Of a DNA stretch of 64,000 nucleotides, positions 19,040-28,706 are shown piece after piece. Source of the DNA: a virus (taxonomy: Duplodnaviria > Caudoviricetes); IMG/VR virus record IMGVR_UViG_2597489997_000001, positions 1 to 64,000 of that record, one strand, 5' to 3'. Numbering within the stretch: position 1 is the first letter of the stretch; each line of letters opens with the position of its first letter. A program made the position numbers and the translations under genes. A model generated the notes under the pieces. That model was not told where the DNA came from. It made no database searches and saw only the letters and a list, made by a program, of their open reading frames with translations.

Positions 19040-19645
19040 ATGCAAGTTGAACAATATCGCTCCCTGTTATCCGCCCAACTGTCCAAAACTTTCAAGGTCG
19101 ACCAGATCCGTGCATCTGTTGTCCCACCTTCTCAGTTAAATGGTCCACTGCTTCGCAGCATGACTGTTTACTGCTACGAATTCTTTATCAATAGCTGTGA
19201 ACGTTATTTCACATTCGCTGTTGAGTTGGACGGGAAAGTATTCTTTACACGACCTAAAGAAGGCATTCGTGAATATCTGACCCCATTGATCCGCAATAAG
19301 GATTTCGGGTTTGCTTTGACTGGTGAAATCCATAATCACAAAGACGTGGTTGGGAAGTTCATCGAGAGCAAAATCAACCGTGATGCCTGGACTATAATGG
19401 GAAATACACTGGCCGATGAATTAGGTGATGAGTCCATGATCAGTTTCGACTACTGGTTCGGGTTCAAAGTGACACGTCACCACAAAGAAGCTTTGAGCTT
19501 TGACAGTGATGTCGAATTAATGATTCGTCGCAAAGACAGCCCCGACATTGAAGTATATCGCGGTAACTTCGTCGATGGCAATATTGGAACGTTCCGTAAT
19601 AAGTACAACGAAACTGTTACCATGAGGGAAGTTGCACGGAGGTAA
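19040..19645 (+). CDS. Hypothetical protein
   Basis: 201 aa, GAGG SD. Confidence 0.75.
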   Translation: MQVEQYRSLLSAQLSKTFKVDQIRASVVPPSQLNGPLLRSMTVYCYEFFINSCERYFTFAVELDGKVFFTRPKEGIREYLTPLIRNKDFGFALTGEIHNHKDVVGKFIESKINRDAWTIMGNTLADELGDESMISFDYWFGFKVTRHHKEALSFDSDVELMIRRKDSPDIEVYRGNFVDGNIGTFRNKYNETVTMREVARR

Positions 19646-19646
19646 T

Positions 19647-19769
19647 ATGAATATATATCTCTGGATCCTTGTATTATTCTGTATCGGTCCGATCCTAGCC
19701 TTGGTAATCCACTGGCGTTGGGCCAAATGTAATCACTGTCGTCATGAAAATCATGACGAACCACACTGA
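19647..19769 (+). CDS. Small membrane protein (40 aa, absent from the ORF track)
   Basis: GGAGG SD; MNIYLWILVLFCIGPILALVIHWRWAKCNHCRHENHDEPH. Confidence 0.7.
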   Translation: MNIYLWILVLFCIGPILALVIHWRWAKCNHCRHENHDEPH

Positions 19770-19782
19770 AGAGGAAATATCC

Positions 19783-20142
19783 ATGTCTCGTAATAAAGCC
19801 ACGAAACCTGCTAAGAAAGTAAAACAAAACGTTGAACGTGTAAACCGCCGTGAAATGATCCATATGGATTTTCTCGATGTTTATAACGAAGTCCTGAAGT
19901 ACGAAGAAGTCATCGACCTGGATATTGATCTTATTCTCGACGTCACCAAATCGGTATTCGCCCGTGAACTGTCATTGTCCAAACTGGCCAGTTCTCCAAC
20001 TCCGGAAGAACTGCACGATATGGCTACGAAGATCATCGATGAAATTCGTGGTCTGAAAGCTGTGGGCACTGTACTGGCTGAAGTATTCGCCAAAGGCAAT
20101 GGTATCGCTCCAGAAGACATTGTTCTGAAACCAGCAGCATAA
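19783..20142 (+). CDS. Hypothetical protein
   Basis: GAGG SD before MSRNKATK; followed by terminator. Confidence 0.75.
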   Translation: MSRNKATKPAKKVKQNVERVNRREMIHMDFLDVYNEVLKYEEVIDLDIDLILDVTKSVFARELSLSKLASSPTPEELHDMATKIIDEIRGLKAVGTVLAEVFAKGNGIAPEDIVLKPAA

Positions 20143-20146
20143 CACG

Positions 20147-20174
20147 CACTCTCAGGGCTTCGGCTCTGGGAGTG
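20147..20174 (+). terminator. Terminator hairpin
   Basis: CACTCTCAGGGC-TTCG-GCTCTGGGAGTG. Confidence 0.7.
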
Positions 20175-20206
20175 TTCCCTATGTCTTTTAATTTAAGGAA
20201 TTTCGT

Positions 20207-21073
20207 ATGTGTGGTAACTGCAAGAAAGAAGATGTGAAATTAGGTAATCCCAAGAAAATTAAAACTGGGATCATCGAGCGCATCGATATGAAACTAACGC
20301 AGGGTGACGATGGAACTGATTTAAACGCTCTGTGTGATGTCATTCAGATGTTAAAGTCAGATGAGGGGACTCTGGATGCTAAACTCCCGGAACCTTATGA
20401 ACTCAATACCTCAATTAAACTTTTTGATGGTTGTTATGCTAAGTTGATTCGTGGCACGACCATTGGGATATTAAGCGTCAGACTGGTTGATGATGAAGGC
20501 GTCATGTATGGTTATATCAACTATAACCCTGGGACAGATAACTTCACCGTTGGTGTCGTGTGGACTAAATATGAGAAAATCTATTCCACCACTGTGAGTA
20601 ATAATGCTCATACCCTGAAGTACGTTCATCGTTTCTTAACCAATGAAAGCGAACGTGCCACAATGGCGATGGACGCCGTTCCCTACAAACGGAAGGAAGT
20701 GACTCCGCCTTCTAAGGTACATCACACCTTCCAAGAGGTCATGAAACAAATCCATGATTCTCGTTTAGCTTCTTGTGATCCACTCACCGTGGACTATGGA
20801 TCAAAAGCTAACGAATGGACTTGTGTGTCTGACGGAATGTTTTTGGAACTGACATCTCACATCTGTGGGGTGGATGAGTGTCGTTATGAAAAGGTCTTCA
20901 TTCGCCAGCGTGATAATGAGCTCGGTGCTGTCTGGTTCGAACCTAGCGGGGCTTTGTCTATTGAGACTAAGTTCTACAAAGGTAAGTTCCATCTGGTCCA
21001 TCACACTACCTGGGAACCCGATTATGATCTGATCGAGACCCATATCAAACACTTCATTTTGAGAACGATATGA
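20207..21073 (+). CDS. Hypothetical protein
   Basis: 288 aa, AAGGA SD. Confidence 0.75.
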   Translation: MCGNCKKEDVKLGNPKKIKTGIIERIDMKLTQGDDGTDLNALCDVIQMLKSDEGTLDAKLPEPYELNTSIKLFDGCYAKLIRGTTIGILSVRLVDDEGVMYGYINYNPGTDNFTVGVVWTKYEKIYSTTVSNNAHTLKYVHRFLTNESERATMAMDAVPYKRKEVTPPSKVHHTFQEVMKQIHDSRLASCDPLTVDYGSKANEWTCVSDGMFLELTSHICGVDECRYEKVFIRQRDNELGAVWFEPSGALSIETKFYKGKFHLVHHTTWEPDYDLIETHIKHFILRTI

Positions 21074-21486
21074 ATATAACACCGCTGTCTAAAAAGAAGC
21101 TGGAAACGGCTTGTCTCATGCTGAAGTCCAAACGGGAGAAAGCTGTTAAATCAGTTACTCTCGGCACTGCTGGCGCACAGTCAGTAATGTGCGGCTTCAG
21201 GAACCTCGCCAAGGCGTTGGAAACGTCCACCTTACGTTTGGATGCCGATGATGGTAAACCTATCCTACTCGACGTTGACTACGTTATGGGTGGCGAAGGT
21301 TGTGATATCTGGGCCGTAATGATGATAGGAGTCAATGATGAAGCTCCTCTTATTAAAACCTGGTTTGATCAATCTGGCCATGCTCATATCCAATGTAATT
21401 ATGGTAACTATTCGACCATGATTAAATACGCTACGGCGGAAGATGTATCTGACTGGATTGTGGATTATCTCCGACTTCAGGTTTAA
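21070..21486 (+). CDS. Hypothetical protein
   Basis: ATGA-coupled ORF. Confidence 0.7.
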   Translation: MNITPLSKKKLETACLMLKSKREKAVKSVTLGTAGAQSVMCGFRNLAKALETSTLRLDADDGKPILLDVDYVMGGEGCDIWAVMMIGVNDEAPLIKTWFDQSGHAHIQCNYGNYSTMIKYATAEDVSDWIVDYLRLQV

Positions 21487-21488
21487 TT

Positions 21489-21830
21489 ATGAAAGGCAAG
21501 CAGGGTACCATCGAAGAGTATTCTGACAAGGCTGTCGTTCTGCGTGAACTCATTGACAAATTGAGAGATTTCGATCATCCAAGTTTTACTGAACGGGTAG
21601 TGCTTAACCATCTAGCATTCCTGGTCATTAAAACTCCTGATTCATCTTTCATTGAAGTAACTTGGGTGGGGAGATTAATGGCAAGGATTAACGTGGGTAA
21701 TTTAATCCTGCGTTGCCCTAGCGTTAGGATAAAAGGTAAAGTGGCTGAGTATTATCTCGACCCTACTATATCCACTCCCTTGCCCGTAGTCATTGATATC
21801 ATTTCAGAATACGTTACTGGAGGGAAGTAA
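21489..21830 (+). CDS. Hypothetical protein
   Basis: 113 aa in operon. Confidence 0.7.
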   Translation: MKGKQGTIEEYSDKAVVLRELIDKLRDFDHPSFTERVVLNHLAFLVIKTPDSSFIEVTWVGRLMARINVGNLILRCPSVRIKGKVAEYYLDPTISTPLPVVIDIISEYVTGGK

Positions 21831-22038
21831 TGTCCAGGATACTCACTTCAATTAAGTTATTTTCTTACTCTCATTCTTATATATTGCCATAGTGTAAAAG
21901 GGGAGGGGGTTTATCCGGTTAGGATAATTACAGGTAAACTACTGAACGAAGTGAAGTATCCTCTTCCAGGGATTACGTAAGTAATCATCACATGTTCTTT
22001 TAACCGAAGGTATTTACAGTCGGAAGGAATAGAGAATA

Positions 22039-22407
22039 ATGGTTAATGAATTTTACAAGGGATTTATTCTAGGTATTGCATTATTGGTACTTGGAAGGAT
22101 TCTTTATAACTGGGCTTTGAAACAACTAGGTCCAGAACCAAGGCCGGGAATAGATATATCTCATCTGGTACAGTTACCCAAGATGAATAGTCGTGACCTG
22201 GGTTTTTGTTTGAATCAAATCCTGTTGGATCCAGTACTAAGTTATACCATCAACACGGTTACCCCTAAAGACAAAGACGACATTGTCACCATCTGGTTTA
22301 ATATTCATGATGAAGAAGGGAAAGTAACTGGGACTACGACAGTACGTTGTAAGGTAGACGAAGAACTTCCCGATACGTATCCATTAGGGTACAGAAAGAA
22401 GAAATAA
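22039..22407 (+). CDS. Hypothetical membrane-anchored protein
   Basis: N-terminal hydrophobic helix GFILGIALLVLG. Confidence 0.7.
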   Translation: MVNEFYKGFILGIALLVLGRILYNWALKQLGPEPRPGIDISHLVQLPKMNSRDLGFCLNQILLDPVLSYTINTVTPKDKDDIVTIWFNIHDEEGKVTGTTTVRCKVDEELPDTYPLGYRKKK

Positions 22408-22497
22408 ATCAATACTCTGATAAATGAAACTGTCCTTCGGGATGGTTTCATCTCTCGTTAGTTGTTATTCCATCCATCACACCAATAAGGCAAAGTA

Positions 22498-23166
22498 ATG
22501 TTCAACTATAAACACCTCCATGCAATTGCACTGCGTATGTTCGTAACCTTCCTGGCTGCCAACATTGCCAAAGTCAATGAATTGATCATCGCTGGTTTCT
22601 CAGATCCTAAGGTACTTCGTATCTCACTATTTGAGCTTAACAGCGTTGTCGTTTCTATTGTGCGGGTGGAAGGTAAACTTACTCTGAACATCGTAGTTCC
22701 TGGTTATGATACTCATCGTGTCAAACTGGGTAATCTCAAAGCGCCGATCAGTAAACGTGTGGTAACTGATCTGCAAGTTTATTTCCATCGTGAGTATCGC
22801 CTGATCCATGAAGACGCATTGAAACAACTTGCTGAATCAATTGATCTGGCTGACGTTAAGTACAAAGCACGGAACATTCCAGTTGTCGCTCGTTTGTTCA
22901 ACAAGGTGAATGAATTCAATATTCGCCTGGACAACCAGCTGATGTCTGAACTGTTGAAGGTTACTGTCTTTATCCGTCGTTCCATCTTCAACAAACTGAC
23001 CGTGGTTGTGGTAACTCACACTCCTGAACCAGCTGGACTGATCCGTGAAGTGATGCCGGTACATGTAGGCGTTACCAATACGTATTTGGCTGATGGACAA
23101 TCCGACCCGGTTAACCAGTGGTTCCGTCAAGTACTGACTGATCACGTTGATACTTTCGCTAAGTAA
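22498..23166 (+). CDS. Hypothetical protein
   Basis: 222 aa flanked by terminator hairpins. Confidence 0.7.
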   Translation: MFNYKHLHAIALRMFVTFLAANIAKVNELIIAGFSDPKVLRISLFELNSVVVSIVRVEGKLTLNIVVPGYDTHRVKLGNLKAPISKRVVTDLQVYFHREYRLIHEDALKQLAESIDLADVKYKARNIPVVARLFNKVNEFNIRLDNQLMSELLKVTVFIRRSIFNKLTVVVVTHTPEPAGLIREVMPVHVGVTNTYLADGQSDPVNQWFRQVLTDHVDTFAK

Positions 23167-23241
23167 ACACATCGAGTGGGTGTCCTAACGGGCGCTCACT
23201 CTTTTATGTTTATTTTATTTTTCTAACAAAGTGAGGTAGTT

Positions 23242-23613
23242 ATGTGGGTTTTATTTGTAGTAGTGGTTTGTGTGTTAACCGTATGGGGGATCTATTCGGT
23301 GGAAAGAGGTCGTCGTATTCGTTTTGAAGACATCGCAAAACTGGAAAAGATCAAAACAACGCTTTCCAATAATTTAGCATTTGACATGCTACGGGATACG
23401 CCGACAATCGCATATCAGGATCTTGTGACCTTCTGTACTAAGAAAGCACTGGAGCATAACGTCGATATCGTCCTACTGGCGTATAAAACTAAATTCACCA
23501 TCCTTATCAAATATCAGGGTAACTCCGAACGTATCAACATCTCAGCATCAGCCATAACAGGTTTCGATGGTGAGTATGAAAGAGAAGCCCCTCCACTCCG
23601 GCGATATAAGTAA
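23242..23613 (+). CDS. Hypothetical membrane-anchored protein
   Basis: GAGG SD, N-terminal TM helix. Confidence 0.7.
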   Translation: MWVLFVVVVCVLTVWGIYSVERGRRIRFEDIAKLEKIKTTLSNNLAFDMLRDTPTIAYQDLVTFCTKKALEHNVDIVLLAYKTKFTILIKYQGNSERINISASAITGFDGEYEREAPPLRRYK

Positions 23614-23664
23614 CCAACCCAATATGGTGATTGGATAGTTCAATCGGCATTTAAGGAAATACGA

Positions 23665-24069
23665 ATGAATTACTTCGAATACAAAATCTACGGGATAGTT
23701 TTACTGACAATAGTTTCATTGTTGGCGATTTCAGCTATCTGGTTATGCGGTGTTCTCTTAAAGGAAGCTCAAGATATCAAAGCAGCCTCTAAGAACGTTC
23801 AGTCCGCATTCACACTACTTGATGTGGAAGTCACTAAGAAGCTTAAAAACAATAACGCAATCCACTTCTATGATCTCATGAGGATCGTGGAAATGGTGAC
23901 TCGGCGAATGCCGATGGTTAAGATAACAGTGGATAAGAAGTTCGAACGTAACCAAGTGAAGATTAGCATTGAGAAAGGGGATGTCAAAGCTAGCTACACA
24001 TTCTTGGCGACCATAGTCGAAGCTCCTTACCACAATCAAGGTAAACAACCCGATCCTGTAAAAGAATAG
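23665..24069 (+). CDS. Hypothetical membrane-anchored protein
   Basis: AAGGA SD, N-terminal TM helix. Confidence 0.7.
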   Translation: MNYFEYKIYGIVLLTIVSLLAISAIWLCGVLLKEAQDIKAASKNVQSAFTLLDVEVTKKLKNNNAIHFYDLMRIVEMVTRRMPMVKITVDKKFERNQVKISIEKGDVKASYTFLATIVEAPYHNQGKQPDPVKE

Positions 24070-24219
24070 TAGGGTTCTATTGTATGTAGTCTATGACTTC
24101 ATCTTATCCTCACCCCAGGGATAAGAATGGGGTTATAGATTTTCTCTTCTTTTCTTTTACGTTTTGGGGATAATAGGGGCTTTTCTTCTTCTAGTTCTTC
24201 TCTTCCAGGTTTACCTGAA

Positions 24220-24263
24220 TATATACTTATTATATATTAGTTATATATATATATATATATATA
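24220..24263. repeat. (TA)n tract in an AT-rich intergenic region
   Basis: About 11 consecutive TA units at 24242-24263. Confidence 0.9.
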
Positions 24264-24388
24264 GAGTAAGTAGAGAAACCCTTTGACTCCGAAAAGAAAA
24301 TCAATTAAATCTTATCCTGGTTACCTTCGGGTAGCTAGGGTAGGGTAATATGTCTTAAAACTGAAATCTTAATATATGGGTTATTAAC

Positions 24389-25090
24389 ATGAAGATGGTA
24401 GAACTGTTAATCGGGTACGACATGGAGAAAGTCTACTCTGGTGATATCTCTATTGGAAGTACCGATATGGTCACTGATATCCATGTTAAAAGTGATGATG
24501 AACTTACATCAAGTGAACGTCGTCAGTTTGAAACAGAATTATCGGAATTAATTTGCAAACACTTCGTTAATAATAAACGTATTAACGAACATGATCTTTT
24601 AAAGAGGCAATACCTCGTCAAGGATGTTTTAGAGTACGCTGTTAACTATTCGGGCATGTTAACAGAGGAAGAGGTTTACACTAACCTGTCGGGTGGAGAT
24701 CCTAAATTACTTAAGAAATTTATGACAGGGGAAATACCAACAGTATCTCGCACTTATCTATTTAGCTATTGTGGATTTAGTTATAGTTGGTTAGATAAGT
24801 TTGAATCGAGCCTGAATACTGTTAAAAGCAATTTGGTCATTAAGGAAGAACAAGTTAGTTCCGCTGCCATCAGACACGTTTTTATGGATATCCTGGGGAT
24901 GAGTTCAGACGAATGTCTTTCTATGTTAAAGAGACACAATCGTTGGAGTAGTCATGACATATTCATCGAAGATTATGATTACCTTGTCCCACTAAGTGAA
25001 ATCCAGAACATGTTCTACGGGCTAGACCGCTCAAGAGACCAACTCGTAGCCTTAATGGTTAATTATACCAAAGATCATCCTATCGGGTAG
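24389..25090 (+). CDS. Hypothetical protein
   Basis: 233 aa ORF. Confidence 0.7.
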   Translation: MKMVELLIGYDMEKVYSGDISIGSTDMVTDIHVKSDDELTSSERRQFETELSELICKHFVNNKRINEHDLLKRQYLVKDVLEYAVNYSGMLTEEEVYTNLSGGDPKLLKKFMTGEIPTVSRTYLFSYCGFSYSWLDKFESSLNTVKSNLVIKEEQVSSAAIRHVFMDILGMSSDECLSMLKRHNRWSSHDIFIEDYDYLVPLSEIQNMFYGLDRSRDQLVALMVNYTKDHPIG

Positions 25091-25130
25091 TAAACATGAA
25101 AGCCAAAAAGATATTAAGCCGAGGTGAAAA

Positions 25131-25580
25131 ATGCGCTGGTTAAAACGACTTATTCGTGTATTGGCAACACCGGCCAAGATCGAAGCAAATAAAGTAAAAG
25201 TAGCGTCAGAGTTAGATAAGGCGTTTAACTTACTTGTAACTGATTACCCTAAACAAAGCTCACACCGTGGTCATATGGGTTTCGACATAGGTCACTATAC
25301 TTTCCAGGGTGGTTGGCTAAAAGACGAATTCTACTTTGACGTCTATGATCTCGATTATGAGTTCAGACTAAACAAAGAAGGTCGGATCTATGTTGGATAC
25401 CACAAGTTCCCAGATATGGGCGTCAGGTGGTCAGTTCATAAATGCGGAGATAAAAACAAGGTTGTCGATTCATTGACTTTACATTCCCCCGATAATCTTT
25501 ATAAAGGCGACTTCATCAAAAGCCTTAACTTTATCATTCCCGGTTTAGTAGAGGAAGTTGTAAATGAATCCGAGTCGTAA
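25131..25580 (+). CDS. Hypothetical protein
   Basis: GAGG SD. Confidence 0.7.
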   Translation: MRWLKRLIRVLATPAKIEANKVKVASELDKAFNLLVTDYPKQSSHRGHMGFDIGHYTFQGGWLKDEFYFDVYDLDYEFRLNKEGRIYVGYHKFPDMGVRWSVHKCGDKNKVVDSLTLHSPDNLYKGDFIKSLNFIIPGLVEEVVNESES

Positions 25581-25977
25581 ATTTAGTCTATCGATTGCTT
25601 TATTTTGCTTTTTCTGTATATGGGGCATTGGCCAGATAAATCCCTATATGGAATTCAAAACTCACAGAGTTGAGGTCTTTCAACTCTACAGTGGGACAAG
25701 TACGGGAAAATACTCTAAGCTGGAATTCATTGCCGTATATAAAAACCCAGAAGGCACTGTGTTTGATCAACGCGTATCACCATCTGAGTTCTCTCAACTC
25801 CATGTGGGAGATAAGGTAGATATCAGTGTTCGTCAATTTGACATCGAACAAACCACTCTTGACAATGTAGTTTGGTTCTTTGGGGCATTATTGTTCCAAG
25901 CAACCTTATTCACAGGAGGAGTGAGTTTCCTCTTATACGGTCTTAGTGCAAAATTCAGAAAGTGGATACGATCATGA
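25564..25977 (+). CDS. Hypothetical membrane protein (two TM helices)
   Basis: Hydrophobic N- and C-terminal segments around a beta-rich domain. Confidence 0.7.
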   Translation: MNPSRKFSLSIALFCFFCIWGIGQINPYMEFKTHRVEVFQLYSGTSTGKYSKLEFIAVYKNPEGTVFDQRVSPSEFSQLHVGDKVDISVRQFDIEQTTLDNVVWFFGALLFQATLFTGGVSFLLYGLSAKFRKWIRS

Positions 25978-26972
25978 AAGTTGGAAAATACTTGTTAGAA
26001 AAACATAACTTTGGCGATCCTGAAGTTAAAGCTCGATTCCTTGATCAGTTTGGTTACTCTGAAAAGATCCTTGAGAGTATCCTGGCTGACCGATATCCTT
26101 CATTGTTAGGTTGTCATATTCACGACATTGCGATCTTTACTGGGGAGGATCCTGGGTTCCTTCAAAGTCTGGAAGAATATGAGCAGTTGTCTGACTTTGA
26201 GAAACAAACACTGTCTTCCCCACCTATGGGTAAACCATACGTTTCTGATCCACCGGTGGCTAAGATCGAGTTAATGGGCGTTCCTTCTCAGGAGTCTGTT
26301 AATAAGGTCAATGAAATGGCAAATGAAATTATTGACGATATCAAAGCAGGTAACTCTTTAAAAGGGCCTATTCTCAATATTGCCGCCATCGCGGCAGGTA
26401 GTAGACCTTTCAATACTCGCCCTGTGAAAACAGAAGTCGGTATTAAAGATCTTGTAAGTGATGATTGGGACAAAATGAAAGAACCCGTTGATGGTGTAAT
26501 GATTAAGCTGAATCTCTCATCTGGCGAACCTGTTGAACTAGTGGGTGTGGATGAAGACGGTATCCGTCGCTATGAAGAAGCGATCAATAAACTCCGAGCC
26601 TCCATGGATTATCCAGGCTTTGGTTGCTTAGTGGGCGATGATCCAGAAATGGAGTCTTTGATTACACGTCTAAGAGAGTACACCAAAGACAAGTCATTTA
26701 AGCTGATTACCCCTAAAGCTGATCTTGCTATCAGTGAAATGCAGTGCAAGTCACGTATCCATCGCGATCCAAGTGAAGTCGAGTATGTGGTAACCACATA
26801 TCCTATTACTGGGCCCGAGTCTGTTAAGGTGGTTAAGGGTCGTGACCTGGGGATCGGTACTGGTGATAAGTATGTTTTCTCTAACCAGTTAAAACACACC
26901 ATCAATAAACTTGGTTTGGATCCTATTGAAGGATCGGGCCCTTCAACTAACCATAAAGAAGGTGACCAATGA
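25974..26972 (+). CDS. Hypothetical protein
   Basis: ATGA-coupled start at 25974. Confidence 0.7.
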   Translation: MKVGKYLLEKHNFGDPEVKARFLDQFGYSEKILESILADRYPSLLGCHIHDIAIFTGEDPGFLQSLEEYEQLSDFEKQTLSSPPMGKPYVSDPPVAKIELMGVPSQESVNKVNEMANEIIDDIKAGNSLKGPILNIAAIAAGSRPFNTRPVKTEVGIKDLVSDDWDKMKEPVDGVMIKLNLSSGEPVELVGVDEDGIRRYEEAINKLRASMDYPGFGCLVGDDPEMESLITRLREYTKDKSFKLITPKADLAISEMQCKSRIHRDPSEVEYVVTTYPITGPESVKVVKGRDLGIGTGDKYVFSNQLKHTINKLGLDPIEGSGPSTNHKEGDQ

Positions 26973-27511
26973 GTCGTTACGAAAACTTTGCCAACGAATT
27001 TGAACAGAATTTCATTAAATACCATACCGATGAAATCGTGATGGCTATCCATACTAGCGATACCCCAGATCCGATCACCACCGTCTTCGGTGAACTAGTA
27101 ATCGGTGGTTATGACGACCATAACCATGTTTACCCCGTCCTGTTCAAAAATGAAATCGTCTTTAGCGTGCATAGCTCACGTACCTATTTTAAAGATGACA
27201 TCTCTGGTGTTGCCCTTAGGCTTGCCTCAGTGATAGAGAACTCGGGATTTGTCAAAAAGCAACTTGATGAGATCCCCGTTAACTATGGCCCTGTCAATAT
27301 TGGTGTCGATGTGGAAGATATCATTTCCATTGTCTTATTGTCAGAAGCGGTTTGTCCAGGCAAGTTACCGGCGTATGTAACTAAGCTGAGAAATGACACT
27401 TACCAGTTGTTATGTAGGAAGATCTCCGAAGTTGCCCAAACTCCCGGATTGATAACTGATCAAGTAAGTATGATCAAGAATCTGGAAAGTAAATTAGCAA
27501 AATTAAGTTAA
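26969..27511 (+). CDS. Hypothetical protein
   Basis: ATGA-coupled ORF. Confidence 0.7.
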   Translation: MSRYENFANEFEQNFIKYHTDEIVMAIHTSDTPDPITTVFGELVIGGYDDHNHVYPVLFKNEIVFSVHSSRTYFKDDISGVALRLASVIENSGFVKKQLDEIPVNYGPVNIGVDVEDIISIVLLSEAVCPGKLPAYVTKLRNDTYQLLCRKISEVAQTPGLITDQVSMIKNLESKLAKLS

Positions 27512-27565
27512 TCCATTCCCTACCTACTCAGATGAGTAGGTAGGTTTTACGGAGTATAGAGAGTA

Positions 27566-27889
27566 ATGAAATCGAAGCACGTTAAGAAAGAGTTAGTTGA
27601 AATCATGTTCCCAATCATGCAGAACCTGAGCAAGTACGGAACTGAAGAATTCGAGTTGGAATTTAAATTCCAACATAACGGTGTTCCCTATAAAGTGGAA
27701 CACGTCGTACAGTCAGAGCATAATCGCCTCGAAGTTAAAATTTGTGACTACTATGGGATCTATCCAATGTTCCACGTACCTATTCAGGTCACCAAGGACA
27801 TTGAACCAAAATCAGCAGCTCGTGCTTTTGTGCATGAGAACCCACATCTCCCACAGACAGCTTATCGCATTCTTAAGAAGGTCCACTGA
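27566..27889 (+). CDS. Hypothetical protein
   Basis: 107 aa after hairpin 27518-27544. Confidence 0.7.
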   Translation: MKSKHVKKELVEIMFPIMQNLSKYGTEEFELEFKFQHNGVPYKVEHVVQSEHNRLEVKICDYYGIYPMFHVPIQVTKDIEPKSAARAFVHENPHLPQTAYRILKKVH

Positions 27890-27890
27890 T

Positions 27891-28706
27891 ATGAATATAA
27901 AGGACGTTGTACTTGTTAATGAACGGTTTGGGGGAATTCTCAAAGACCGATTGAACCGTATTAACATGACCGTTAAGTTGTTTGCTTCCAATTTGAATAT
28001 CGATAGATTGACTGCGGAGAATATCTTAACTGGAAACGAAGCCTTCACTTATCCCCACTCCTTCAAAGATCTTGATCGTCTCTTTGGAACATCTGAAGGT
28101 TATTGGTACCAAGTTTATAACAACGTGGTTAAATACGTCTCAGAAGGTATCGACCCTAATCGTCCAGATGTGAAGCTGAAAGAAGTCATTCCACACTTCC
28201 CAGGTTTTACGCTCAATATGACTCCTGCGCCAGTTGATCTGGATAACTTCGAAGTCCCTAAAACTCAAGCCTATTTTGGTGATCCAACATCAGGATTAGA
28301 TTACATGGTTCAAGGACACGAGTATTTTGAATTGGTCGATACCGCCATTACTATTAGCGGTCTCCAACAAGGGATCATTGGTATCTCATTATCCAATCTG
28401 GGTACACGAGAGGAGATGGATTTTTACACTGGGTTGGTTTATCTACAAAAGAAATTACCCCATCTCAATTTCGCTGTTCTCCCAACACCTACCTTCGACA
28501 TGGACAATAGCACCGATGTTGAATCATTGTCGCGTCGAGTGGAACGTGATGGGCTTGATGGTATTCGTTATAACCGTATCTTCTTCGCAGTTTACCAAGA
28601 CTATGAAGTTCCCGACTTGGTGAGAAAGTCCCATGACCTGTTTATGGATGTTGAAGAACTCCATGGCCGTTATCAAGCTAACGTATCCGTAAAGGAAAAG
28701 AAATGA
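27891..28706 (+). CDS. Protein with N-terminal HigA/XRE-like HTH domain
   Basis: G.ILKD.L....MT...FA..L.I......NILTG.....LDRLFGTSEGYW pattern; start reassigned to 27891. Confidence 0.6.
   Translation: MNIKDVVLVNERFGGILKDRLNRINMTVKLFASNLNIDRLTAENILTGNEAFTYPHSFKDLDRLFGTSEGYWYQVYNNVVKYVSEGIDPNRPDVKLKEVIPHFPGFTLNMTPAPVDLDNFEVPKTQAYFGDPTSGLDYMVQGHEYFELVDTAITISGLQQGIIGISLSNLGTREEMDFYTGLVYLQKKLPHLNFAVLPTPTFDMDNSTDVESLSRRVERDGLDGIRYNRIFFAVYQDYEVPDLVRKSHDLFMDVEELHGRYQANVSVKEKK

Noticed and set aside
21830-21892. 20-aa ORF coupled to the upstream stop
   Set aside because: Too short to support; cannot be distinguished from chance without conservation data
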